Below are positions 14,227 to 25,510 of a stretch of DNA of 64,000 bases, piece by piece. Under the pieces are notes generated by a model. The model saw only the letters and a list, made by a program, of their open reading frames with translations. It did no database searches and was not told the DNA's origin. Each line of letters begins with the position of its first letter. Position 1 is the stretch's first letter. A program made the translations under genes and the position numbers. The stretch covers positions 94,490,001-94,554,000 of the forward strand of contig NC_045697.1 in assembly GCF_009834535.1 (NCBI RefSeq), read 5' to 3'. The stretch comes from Camelus ferus (Eukaryota).

Positions 14227-14651
14227 TGCAGAGGATACATTGGTGTTCTTCCCAGATTCCCACTGATCCTTTTGATGTTTCTGTGGCATCTGTGTGTTTG
14301 CTTCACAGCCATCTCATATAGGATTCTCTTCAGATGACTATGCCAGGTTGGTTAGCTTGCTTTTCAGGGAGAAGTGCCTAGGAGTTTTCAACCCTGGGTG
14401 AAGCGAAGGAGCAAGGACTTAGCCAATAACTGATGGTTAGGGGGAATCAACACTCAGCTCTCTTTCTAGAGCTGGGACACACTCAGTCATGATTTACACT
14501 CTGGAGCTTCCCTGGAGTGGAAAAGGGAAGATAGAAACTGGGATGTGTCCTCTTTCTTCTAAAGTTCCTAACTCTCACCCTTACTCTTCCACCAAACTTC
14601 CTAGTAAATCCTCATCTTGGGATCTGATTCTGTGGCACCAGACTTAGGACA
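14227..14651 (+). mobile_element. Solo LTR, ERVL class (LTR16-like)
   Basis: TG...CA ends, LTR16-type 3' end 'aaatcctcatcttgggatctgattctgtggcaccagacttaggaca', and probable 5-bp TSD AGAAT/AGGAT. Confidence 0.65.
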
Positions 14652-14763
14652 AGGATTTTCCTCTGAAATGTCACAGAAATGTAAGACCATGTTTATCTCT
14701 ATTATATTATACATATTGTTATATAATATGTTATATAATATGTATAATATATAATGTCATATA

Positions 14764-15245
14764 CAGACAGTCCCTGACTTACAATGATTCAGCTTAAGTT
14801 TTTTTTTTTTTACTTCATAATGGATAGTGCAAAAGTGATACGTATTCAGTAGAAGCAAACTTCGAGTTTTGAATTTCGATCTTTCTTAGGCTAGCAATAT
14901 GAGGTAGATGCTTTCTCAGGATGCTGGGCAGGGGCGGCAAGCCACAGCTCCCAGTCAGCCGTGGGATCACAAGGGGAAAGAACTAATACACTTATAACCA
15001 TTCTGAGCCCACACTATCATTCTGTTTTTCACTTTCAGTACAGTATTTGATAAATCACATGAGATGTCAATACTTTAACTATAAAATAGGCTTTGTGTTA
15101 GATGAATTTGCCCAACCGTCGGCTAATGTAAGTGATATGAGCACATCTAGGCAGGCCAGGCTAAACTATGTTGTGCAGTGGGTTAGGTGTGTTAAATGCA
15201 CTTTTGACTTATGATATTCTTAATTTACAACAGATTACCTGGATG
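14764..15245 (+). mobile_element. TcMar-Tigger non-autonomous element (MER47/Tigger5-like), 3' TIR missing
   Basis: TA followed by 'cagacagtccctgacttacaatg'; internal 'gatgctgggcaggggcggcaagccacagctcccagtcagcc' and 'ataggctttgtgttagatgaatttgcccaac'. Confidence 0.8.
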
Positions 15246-15269
15246 TATATATTACCTGGATGGATTTGT

Positions 15270-16206
15270 ACTCAAACCTAAACAGTCAACTAATATTTGA
15301 CATGGGATCCAAGAATACTCAGTGGAGATTAGACAGTCTTTTCATTAAATGGTGCTGGGATAATTGGATATTCACATGTAGAAGAATAAAACTGGACCAA
15401 TATCTTACACCACTCACAAAAGTTAACTTCAGATGCATTAAGACTTAAACGTAAAACCTGAAACCATAAAACTTCTAGTAGAAAACAGGAATAAAACTTC
15501 TTGACATGAGCTTTGATAGTGACTTTTTGGATATGACACCTAAAACACAAGCAAAAAATAAAAAATAAACAAATGGGACTATATTAAACTAAAAGAGATT
15601 CTGCACTGCAAAAGAAACCATCAACAAAATGAAAAGACAACCTATGAAATGGCAAAAATATTTACAAACCATATATCTAATAATAGGTTAATATCCAAAA
15701 TATATTTAAAAATTCATACAACACAATAGCAAACAAACAAGTAAACAAATAAAACCCAATTTAAAAAATGGGAAAAGGACTTGAATAGACATTTCTCCAG
15801 AGAAGGTATAGAAAGGACCAACAGGTACACTAAAAAGATACTCAACATCACTAGTCATTAGGCAAATACAAATTAAAACCACAATGAGGTATCACCTCAC
15901 ACCTTAGAACTGCAATCATCGAAAAGGTAAGAGAGAAAAAATGCTGTCATGGATATGGAGAAAAGAGAAACATTGTGTACTATTAGTGGGTTTATAAATC
16001 GGTACAGCCACTATGGAGAAAAGTATGGAGGTTCCTCAAAAAATTAAAAATAGAACTACCACATGATAAGGCAATTCCCTTTCTGGGAATGTATTCAAAG
16101 GAAATGAAAGCACTAACTTTCTGCACCCCATGTTCATAGCAGCATTATTTACAGTAGCCAAGACGTGGAAACAACCCAGGTGTCCATAGATGGATAAAGA
16201 ATTTAT

Positions 16207-16244
<38 letters not shown>

Positions 16245-16770
16245 TTCAGCCATAAAAAATGAGAAAATCTAACACAGATGGACCTTGAAATATGTGAAGT
16301 ACAATAAATCAGATAGGGAAGAACAAATACTGTATTATCTCACTTAATGTGAAATCTAAAAAAACAAACAAAAACTCATAGAAAAGGAGGTCAGACTAGT
16401 GGTTACTGGAAGTGGAGAGTGGAGGGAAAGGAAATTGAACAAAGGTGGTCAGAAGCTACAAACTTTCAATTATAAGATGAATAAGTATTAGGAATATACA
16501 TATACTGTGATAACTATAGATAACACTGCTATATGATATATAGAAAAATTATTAAAAGGGTAAATCCTATGAGTTCTTATCACAAGGAGATTTTTTTTCT
16601 TTTTCTCTTTTTAAAAAATTGTATCTGTATGAGAAGATGGATGTCAGCTGGACTTATTGTGGTAATAATTTTATAATATATGCAAATCAAACTATCATGC
16701 TGTGTGCTTTAAACTTGCACAGTGATGTATGCCAGTTACTTCACAATAAAATTGGGGGGGAAATAAAAGA
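15270..16770 (+). mobile_element. 5'-truncated L1 (ORF2 C-terminus plus 3' UTR, L1MA-like)
   Basis: ORF 15260-15448 translates as L1 ORF2-like ([28 protein letters not shown]); 'tgttcatagcagcattatttacagtagccaag'; ends in AATAAA and an A-rich tail; internal (TA)n at ~16210-16238. Confidence 0.9.
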
Positions 16771-16869
16771 ATCCCATGCTTCTAGCACCTTTTCTTTACA
16801 GCCTTGAGAAAATAAAATGATAGAACAGGAGCGGTTCACTTTTACATAGTTTTAGCGTAATTTAGGTCT

Positions 16870-17057
16870 AGAGTCTGCAATCTTTTTCTCTACAGTCAGA
16901 CATATATTTTAGGCTTTGCAGGTAATATATAAACTCTGTTGTAACTACCGTGCTACTATAGTGAGAAAGAAGCCATGGATAACACAACGTGTAAGTATGG
17001 CTGTGTTCCAGTAAAATTTACTTACAAAACAGGCAGCCAGCTAGTAAACTGACTCCT
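16870..17057 (+). mobile_element. hAT-Charlie MITE (MER58A-like)
   Basis: 'tattttaggctttgcagg', 'gtatggctgtgttccagtaaaatttacttacaaaacaggcagccag'. Confidence 0.7.
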
Positions 17058-17482
17058 AAATGAGATTACACAATTGGCAATTGTACCTCATGCCTCGTAC
17101 ATGAGGAGTTGTATATTAAGCATTTATTAGATAGAGAAATAATTGTTACAGTTTTTAATTCACATTATCAAAATTTTGATAGTTTCCGCATAACACACTT
17201 GAATAATGAATTGTAAAAGTGGTTCTTTTTGTGTCATTGTCTAACATCACTTGGTATTAGAGTAAGGAAAATTCTATTCTCCTTTCTAGTCCTTAATTTT
17301 GCAAACCAATCTAACAATAAACAAATGAAACATCCATTTTTCAGGTGGAGAATTACCATCCTACACATGTACATCCAGGCAAGTACACTTCCTTAGTTAT
17401 GAGCTTTCCTGCTATAAATTAATATATGTATTCCTGAAAATGTTACATTCTGTAAAATTATGTTAAAAATACATGGCTATGA

Positions 17483-17610
17483 ATATGGCAACCATATAAT
17501 TTGTCAACTAGGGCACCTTTGAGAATGAAAGAAGATGCTATTCATAAGTATGCCACAGACAAAATTAAGCCAGGACTCTTAGGGGCCATTCTGGACTCCA
17601 GATCATCCTA
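17483..17610 (+). mobile_element. hAT-Blackjack MITE (MER94-like)
   Basis: 'accatataatttgtc...cacctttgagaatgaaagaagatgctattcataagtatgcc...atcatccta'. Confidence 0.55.
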
Positions 17611-18204
17611 TTTATGAGAAAACAAGTTGGAGGGAAGACAACTCAGAATACATGCAAGTCTGTACCAAAGCTGTAAGTTAAACAGTAATTGGTCCTTGGG
17701 GGAGATAATTTGGACCACTTAGGCAGCTCAGCCTGGATAGAGGTTGCCCCTGTGATATTAATAGGCATAATAGCAACAATTTAGATGTCCTGACAGCAAT
17801 TTACTTACAGCTAAGGTTACTCAGAGGCTGTGACGATGGAGCAAAAGTGGAGTCCTGTGTCAGTGGAACTGCCACTCAGGTCAGCACAGTGGGCTGTGCC
17901 ATCCTTTGGGCAGCCAAGAGATGCTCAAGGTTGAGAGTAGAACTCTCTGTGGAAGAAACTCCAGAGCCATTTTTAATTTTTTGTGAAGTACAGCCCAAGA
18001 GTTATGGCTTCACAAAGCACCCTTGCCTTTTCCTGTTGGAAAATTTAACCCCACCTTTTAAAACTTTTCTTGCTTAGGAAAGATTGTGAATGAAACAATA
18101 TGACTACCGCATTTTCCTGCTTTTCTACTTAGCAATCATACAAGGAAGTTCATGTTACAGAAAAGGGATGTTCACCACTCTAGATAAAAACAATGCACTG
18201 AATC

Positions 18205-20890
18205 AGCTTTTTAAAAAAGAGATAAATTTGGATACACATGCAGTTGTAAGAAGCAACACAAAGAGAGCTCCTTTGTACACTTTGCTCTGTTTTTCCCCAG
18301 CGTCAAATTTTGTGAAACTATTGTGTAATTATCATAACCAGGATATTGACATTGATACAATCCACCAATTTTATTCGGGTTTGCCTAGTTTTACCTGTTT
18401 GTGTGTGCACACATGAAGTTCTATATCAATTTATCACCTGTGCAGTTTCCTGTGTCCACCACCACAGCCAAGATCCTAAACAGTTCCAACGCAAGAATCA
18501 TTTTCGAAACCTTTATAACCACCCCACCTCCCTCTTCTTTGTCCTCTCATCTCTATCACGTACTTCCAAATTTTTATTCCAAAAATATTATACAAATGGT
18601 ATCATATAGTGTGTAAGCTTCAGAGGTTGAGGTTTTTTTTTTTTTTTTCTTTTTTTTTTTTTCTCAGCATAATTTCCTGCAGATTTATCCAAAATTTTGT
18701 GTGTTCTCAACAGCTTGTTCCTTTTGTTGCTGACTAGTATCCCATGCTATGGATTTAACATATGTAACTAGGCGCACTTAACCATTCACCAGTTGAAGGA
18801 CTTCTGGGCTTATTCCAGTTTTTGTCTATTACTCACAAGGCTGGCATAAATACTCTTGTCCTGTTGTTTTGAACATAAGTTTTTATTTTTCTATTGATCC
18901 ATACCCAAAAGTACAACTGTTGGTTGTATGTTAGTTATACACTTAGTTTTTACAAAAACACTGCCAAGCTGTATTCCAGAGTGGTTGTACTGTTTCTACA
19001 TTACTACTGCCCTGCATGAGTCATCTAGTTTCTCTGTGATCTTTCTACTACTTGGTATTGACACTTTAACAAAGAATTTTAGCCATTTTTGGTAGGTGTG
19101 TAATGATATCACATTGTGGTTTTAATTTGCATTTCTCTAATGGCCAATAATGCTAAACATATTTTCATTGCTTATGTGCTACTTATACATCCTCCTTGGT
19201 GAAGTGTCTATTCACTTATTTTGTCCATCTTCTAACCAGATTGCTTTCTTCTGTTGCTTTTTAGAGTTCTTTATATTCTGAATACTAGTCAATTGTTGGC
19301 TATGCAGTTTGCAAATATTTTCACCTAGCTTATAGCTTATTTTTTTCATTCTTTTTAGGTGAGTTTTTGAAGAACAAAATTTTTTAGTTTTGCTTAGGGT
19401 TAATGTAACAGTTTTTTCTTTGTATGGTCAGTTTTTTTTGGAGAGTATAAGAACTTCTTAGCCATTATCCCATGATTTTGTTTTTATTTCCTAGAAATGT
19501 TATAGTCTTATATTTTAAGTCCATGATCTATTTTAAGTAAATTTTTCACAAGACAGGAGGTTTGAGTTAAGATTCATTTTGCCTTTGGATGTATAATTGC
19601 TCTAGTACAATTTATTGGAAAGACTGTCTTCTCTCCATTGAGATGGTTGTACACTTGTAAAAAATCAGTTGAACATATTTGTGTGGGTCTGTTTCTGGGT
19701 CCTCTTTTCTGTTTCATTGTTCTATGTCTGTTTCTCCTCTAAAATCACATTCCTTGATCACTCTAGATATAGTAGAATTTTAATGTTGTGTGGAATAATT
19801 CCTCCCAATTCTTCTTTGTCAAGATTGTTTTAGCTATTGCAAATTTTTAAATCAGTTTATGTCTACAGAATGCTTTGCTTCTATTTTGATAGAAGTTATA
19901 TATTAAAAACATAGATCAAATTGGAGAGAATTGGCCATCTTTACCATATTGAATCTTCCAATCCATGAATATGATGTTTCTCCACTACTTGAGTATTCTT
20001 TGACTTCCTTCATGCAGAAGTTGCAATTTTCAGCATCAGAATCAGTCGTATTTTATTATGTATATACTTAAATATTTTATTGTTTTTGGATTTTTTATAA
20101 ACTGTATTAAGTCAGTTGCAGGATTCTCCTACTATCCTTTTTAGTGGTTCCAGGGTTTGTTAGCAATATATCTGTTTCATTCCTAATATTGATTTCTCTT
20201 TTCTTTATTTTTATGACCCTAGCTACAAATTTACCAGTATTATTTATGTTTTTCAAAGAACCAGCTTAATATTTCATTGATTTTTCTCTATTTTTATACT
20301 TTTCAATTTCATTGATCTTTATACTCTCTTTATACTTTCCTCTCGTTTGCTTGCTTTGGGTTTATTTTGTTCTTGTTTTCTAGTTTATGAGGGAGAAACT
20401 TAGATTATGGATTTTAGACCTTTCTACTTTTCTAATGTAAGAATCTCATACCACAGATTTCCCTATCAGCACTGCTTTAGCTGCATCCCCAAACTTTTAC
20501 TATGTTGTGCTTCCACTGTTACTTAATTCTATGTATTTTTTATTTCCTTTGAGACTTCCTACTTGACCTATGGGCTATTTAGAAATAAGCTGTTTTATTT
20601 CCACTTATTTAGAGATTTTCCTAATGTCATTCTATAATCGGTTCCCAGTTTTATTCCATTATGATTAAAGAATACACTCTATATGATTCCAGTCCTTTTA
20701 GTTATATTGAGGTTTGTTTTATGGCCCTGGGTTTGGTATCCCTGGGTGAAATGTTCTATGGGCAGTAGAACAAAAAAAAGTTTTTTTGCTTTTTAAGTGA
20801 ATATAAATATTCATAATTTTTGAGTGAAGTGTTATATATGTCAATTAGATCTTATTATTGACTCCATTATTCATATCCTTTATGTCCTTG
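18205..20890 (-). mobile_element. L1 (L1MC-like 3' UTR plus ORF2), antisense, internally deleted
   Basis: 3' end 'gatacacatgcagttgtaagaagcaacac...aaccaggatattgacattgatacaatccacc'; antisense ORF2 motifs 'ttgtggttttaatttgcatttctctaatg', 'aatcttccaatccatgaatatg', 'tttttcaaagaaccagc'. Confidence 0.9.
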
Positions 20891-21031
20891 CTGAATTTCT
20901 GTATAGTCCTCCAAGTTTAGTTGTAAATCCACAATTACAGTTGTTTCATGCCTTCCACTGTTGGGTGCTACCTATCAGAAAAATTACTTTATTTTCCTAT
21001 TTACAGAAAACATACATAATAACAGCAGTAT

Positions 21032-21623
21032 TGTTGCTGATAAATCAGCCTCTGCACCCCAAAAAGCAAATTCAAACTTGGAGGCAGAGTTTTTGGGGGC
21101 AAAGAAAAGCCGCTTCATTGCTTTGCCTGGCAAAGGGCAGTCATAGGAGGCTTGGAAAATGTGACTCCATCCTGGGGTTGGGGCTTGGTGATTACACAGG
21201 CAAAAGGGATGGAGCATATCAGTGATAACGAACAATAGAGTCTTTTATAAAGTTTATCTTGTGTCGTGGGAACTTCTGGTGGCCTGTTAAGTAGGTCACT
21301 GCCCGAGGTCTTGGTATTATCAGGTCTGATCCCTGTCGTGGGGGCTCTTGGAGGATCTGGCAGTTCCTTCAATGTTACCATTTTGTGACCTTCTTTCTGA
21401 AAAATGCCTTCTGGGTTTTGGATACGAGTTATTTAGGGTACGGTGTAAATCATAGGGTTAGGGTTGCTCCACATGTAACAGTTCAAGCCAAGTTAAACCA
21501 CAGCAGTAGCAAGGAGTAAAATAGGTTAGTCGGTTAGAAAGAACTCTGGAAAACAAGTTAATAGATCATAGCGAACTCTGTAAGCTGTCTTAGCATCAGG
21601 GAGGCCATTTTGTGACACCTTCA
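21032..21623 (-). mobile_element. Solo LTR, ERV1 (class I)
   Basis: TG...CA ends with perfect 4-bp TSD GTAT (21028-21031 and 21624-21627); minus strand starts TGAAGG; 592 bp. Confidence 0.85.
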
Positions 21624-22257
21624 GTATTAGTGAGTGAAAAAAAAATATATTTTCCAACTAAAAAAAAATTATCTGAGAAGTTTGTTGTAAATTTAATCCT
21701 GGAAATGAAGCTGCATTTTCTTTTTTAGTTGTTCTGATATTATAATACATATTTGCTCATTCAGATGATTAGGACATTTTAAAATTTGTTAATCGCCATT
21801 ACAGATTTCAACACAAATGGGAGTGAATGTAATAAAATTTATAAATGAAGTGATCTGGCAACTACTATGGAAAAAAAGGAAAAATGCATTAATCTTAAGC
21901 AGATACCCTTGGCTCCTTTGAGCTAACAATAGCCATTATTTGTAATGTTTTGCACAGACCTCTTATTCTTTCAGAGAAACACAAAACATAGATATTTATT
22001 ATTTTTTCTGATTTTAAGTGTTGGCAACAACTTAGTTTTAAAATGTTCGAAAGTATATATATGCAGAAGTATATATCAAATATATAAAACAAATATGCAG
22101 AGATATATGAAACACACATGATAACAATTTAAAAACACCTTTGTGTCTCCACTTAGTTAAGAACTAAATTATCAAACCATTTAAAGCCTCCAGTGTGCTA
22201 TTCTCCATTGGCATTGCCTTCCTCTCTCGGTTCCTCATCTCAAGTAAATATTATCTT

Positions 22258-22383
22258 GGGGGGAGGGTATAGCTCAGTGGTAGAATGCCTGCTTAGCATG
22301 CATGAGGTCCTGTGTTCAATCCCTAGTAACTCTGTGTAAAAAAACAAAACAAATTATTTCCGCTCCCAAACAACAACAAAAAA
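22258..22383 (+). mobile_element. tRNA-derived SINE (camelid Vic-1 type)
   Basis: GGGGGGAGGGTATAGCTCAGTGGTAGA (A box) ... GTTCAATCCC (B box), A-rich tail, 16-bp TSD TCAAGTAAATATTATC at 22240-22255 and 22384-22399. Confidence 0.9.
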
Positions 22384-22625
22384 TCAAGTAAATATTATCC
22401 TGAATTGTGAGATTATCATTCCTTTGATTTAAATTGAAGTGTAAATAAATTTTTAATACACATAGAGAAACATTTATAAGCTATGTGAAAAGCATAAATA
22501 ATAATGCTAATATGAAGATTTGAGCACTCACAGCAAAGCTTTAGGGAAATAATTCTTCTATCAAAACTTTGAAGTACACATTGTGCCCCTCCCAGATCCT
22601 CATCATCCAGAATTTTGTGTTTTAA

Positions 22626-22762
22626 TTTGTTTATTAAATTACTGCGTATATATATGAATTCATATATATATGAATGTATCCTAAACAATATTTTTGTTTA
22701 TTAAATTACTGCGTATATATATGAATTCATATATATATGAATGTATCCTAAACAATATTTTT
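22626..22762. repeat. Perfect 67-bp tandem duplication (2 copies)
   Basis: 22626-22692 is identical to 22693-22759, with TTT microhomology at the ends. Confidence 0.97.
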
Positions 22763-23229
22763 AGTTTTGGATTTTTAACTTACTATAAATTGAACTATAT
22801 GATATGGACTCTTTGGAACTTTTTTTTTCACTATTATGTTAATCAGATTTATCCCCATTAATATCTGTGTCTATATTATAGTCATACTAGTTCTTAACTG
22901 TACATATTAAATAAACAAATATATATAGGCATTTTGATTATTCCAAGTTTATTTGTTTACTATTACAATATTGCTGCTATTTACATTTTTATTTGTGTCT
23001 CCTCAGTTAGACAAAAATGCAACAGTACTCTAGGGTATGTGCTTGCATGTTGACTCACCGAGTCTCACTATCAATCTGCTTCTACATCATCACTCATATT
23101 TTTCCTTACCCACATGAAACACCCATATTTTATAATCCGTGTATGGCAAGCCCAAATTTTACAGTCTCCTTGTATTAGTTCTGTTGGGGGTTGATCTGCT
23201 GTTTCCCTAATTAGGTTGTTTTGTTTTCT

Positions 23230-24300
23230 AATTTTACATTAACTTTTACTGAAGAGTAACCTATATGGAGTAATATGTACAATTATTAAGTGTGTAATTT
23301 GATGTATTTTTACAAATGTGTACACCTGTATAACTATCACACAGATATAGGTATGAAACACTGCTAGCATTTTAGAAGCCTCCTTCTTGTTTGAATATAT
23401 CATCAAAGGTTATCAGTATTCTGACTTCTACCAACAAATACTGAGTCTGCCTTTTTTTGACCTTCATTTAAATGGAAAGATGTAGAATATATTTTTTAAT
23501 GCCTGACTTCTTTTGTTTAACATTTTGTCTATTATTATCCATGTTATGGTCTATTATAATAATTCATTGTTTTTACTGGACTATGGTATTATATTTTATA
23601 AATATACGTCAGATTATTCTTTTATCATTGATGGATAATTGGAATGCTTCCAGTTTTTCACTCTGAACCAAATCAGTATGAGTATTATTGACCCAAATGT
23701 TGCACAGACACTTATTTCTTTTGGGCATATAGTGAATAATCTACTATTTAGTGAACCATGGGGTATGTGAATCCCAGTTTTAATAAATTCTGCCAAATTG
23801 ATTTTCAACATGGTGGTAGGAATTTGTAATCCTCTATTTATATGCGAGTTCTAGATGTTCCACTGATTTGTTAATACCTAGCTTTTATTTAATTCTTTTT
23901 AAGTGATTTTGTTGGATCTGCAGTATTATCTCAATGTCATTTTATATTTACATTTCCCCATAACTAAATAATTGAGCAACATTTCATGTGATTATAGACT
24001 GTTTAGATATCCTCTATTTTGAAGTGATTGTTCAAGGCTTTGTTTATTTAAAAATGATTGAATTACCTACCTTTTACTTATTGACTTGTAGGAATTCCCT
24101 TTATAGTCCTTTTACAGTCCTATGTAAATTGTTAAATGAATCCTTTTATGGATAAGCTTTACATACATAAAATTTTTTCTCTTTCTTTCATACCAAACAG
24201 AAGTTTTAAAAAAATTTAATGATATCCAAATTATCTATACTTTTTTATTCATGCTTAGACTTTTCGGTGTAGGATTTAAGAAATTATTTCTTTCAGTATG
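23230..24300 (-). mobile_element. Old L1 (L1ME-like) 3' end/ORF2, antisense; related fragments at ~22110-23060
   Basis: 'ttaagtgtgtaatttgatgtatttttacaaatgtgtacacctgtataactatcac', 'ctgccaaattgattttcaacatggtgg', 'ttatatttacatttccccataac'. Confidence 0.75.
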
Positions 24301-25099
24301 GTTATTCCAGATATCTTGTCTGCTATACAAATCAAAACTATGACAAGTTTGGCTGAGACAGTATCAATACGTGCACAGAAGAACCAAATAAAACATGTCT
24401 TCAGATCATATTTTAATTCTATTTTATAAATGACATAGCCATATTGGGAAAAGTTTATGTTTCTGGGAAGGAATACTTTATATAACAATTCTAAATACCT
24501 TCTTCATTATCCAATCAATCATTAAAATTATAAATGTTCTCTTTAAACAAAATGTTCTGAGTCTGTGATGAGGTCATATTCATATTCTGCATATATACAA
24601 TCACAAAATTCAAAGCATTGAATATGAAACTTATAGAATTTACTTAAATATTAATATTTTAAAATATTGACTATATTTCAGGTTAAATATAGTGATATAT
24701 AATCATCATCTCTATAAGCATAAAAGAGATAATCTTGTATTTGTTTCTGTCTTCAAATTTTAATAAAAGAAACATTAAGGCCAGTTTGTTTCATGTTACT
24801 TAGAAACCATCTTTTGCTTATTTCTTATTGATACCAATAATAAGTATGGGTATTACCACAGATTATTTTATAACTCAAGAAGGAAAAAAAAACTAAAAAT
24901 TTTATGAGCTTTAGTTTTTCTATTATTTTCATAGAACTTAAATGAGCAGAAACTAGTTGTTTGACAATACCTTGTTATTCAATTTAGAATTGAGACTTAT
25001 CGTAGTTGTCAGTGAAAAAGTACAAAACAACATCAAGTGATTTATATTTTTTAACCAAAGGTAAGACTTGGTAATTCTATTCTAATGTTTAATAAAAGG

Positions 25100-25510
25100 T
25101 AGACCTGGAGATTGCCATACTAAGTGAAGCAAGACAGAAAGAAAAAGAAAAATGCCATATAATATCATTTGTATATGGAATCTTAAAAAAAAGGAAACAA
25201 ATGAACTTATTTACAAAACAGAGACAGACTCACAGACATAGAAAACAAACTTACTGTTACCAGCGGGGAAAGGGGATGGAGAGGGATAAATTGGGAGTTT
25301 AGGATTTGCAGATACTTCTACATATAAAGTAGCTAAACCACAAGAGCTTGCTGTAAAGCGTAGAGAACTATATTTAATACTTTGTAATAGTCTATAATGA
25401 AAAAGAATAAGAAAAGGAATATATATGTATATGTATAATTGAATCACTATGCTGTACAGTAGAAACTAACACAACATTGTAAATTAATATATTTCAATTA
25501 AAAAATAAAA
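25100..25510 (+). mobile_element. 5'-truncated L1 3' end
   Basis: 'gacctggagattgccatactaagtgaag', 'acaaatgaacttatttacaaaacagagacagactcacagacatag', 'gaatcactatgctgtacagtagaaactaacacaacattgtaaat', then an A tail. Confidence 0.9.

Noticed and set aside
20824..21381. Cluster of overlapping ORFs up to 133 aa
   Set aside because: They span an L1/ERV1 LTR boundary and have no recognisable protein features.
22258..22335. Possible functional tRNA gene
   Set aside because: It has an A-rich tail and a TSD and the acceptor stem does not pair properly, so it is a SINE.
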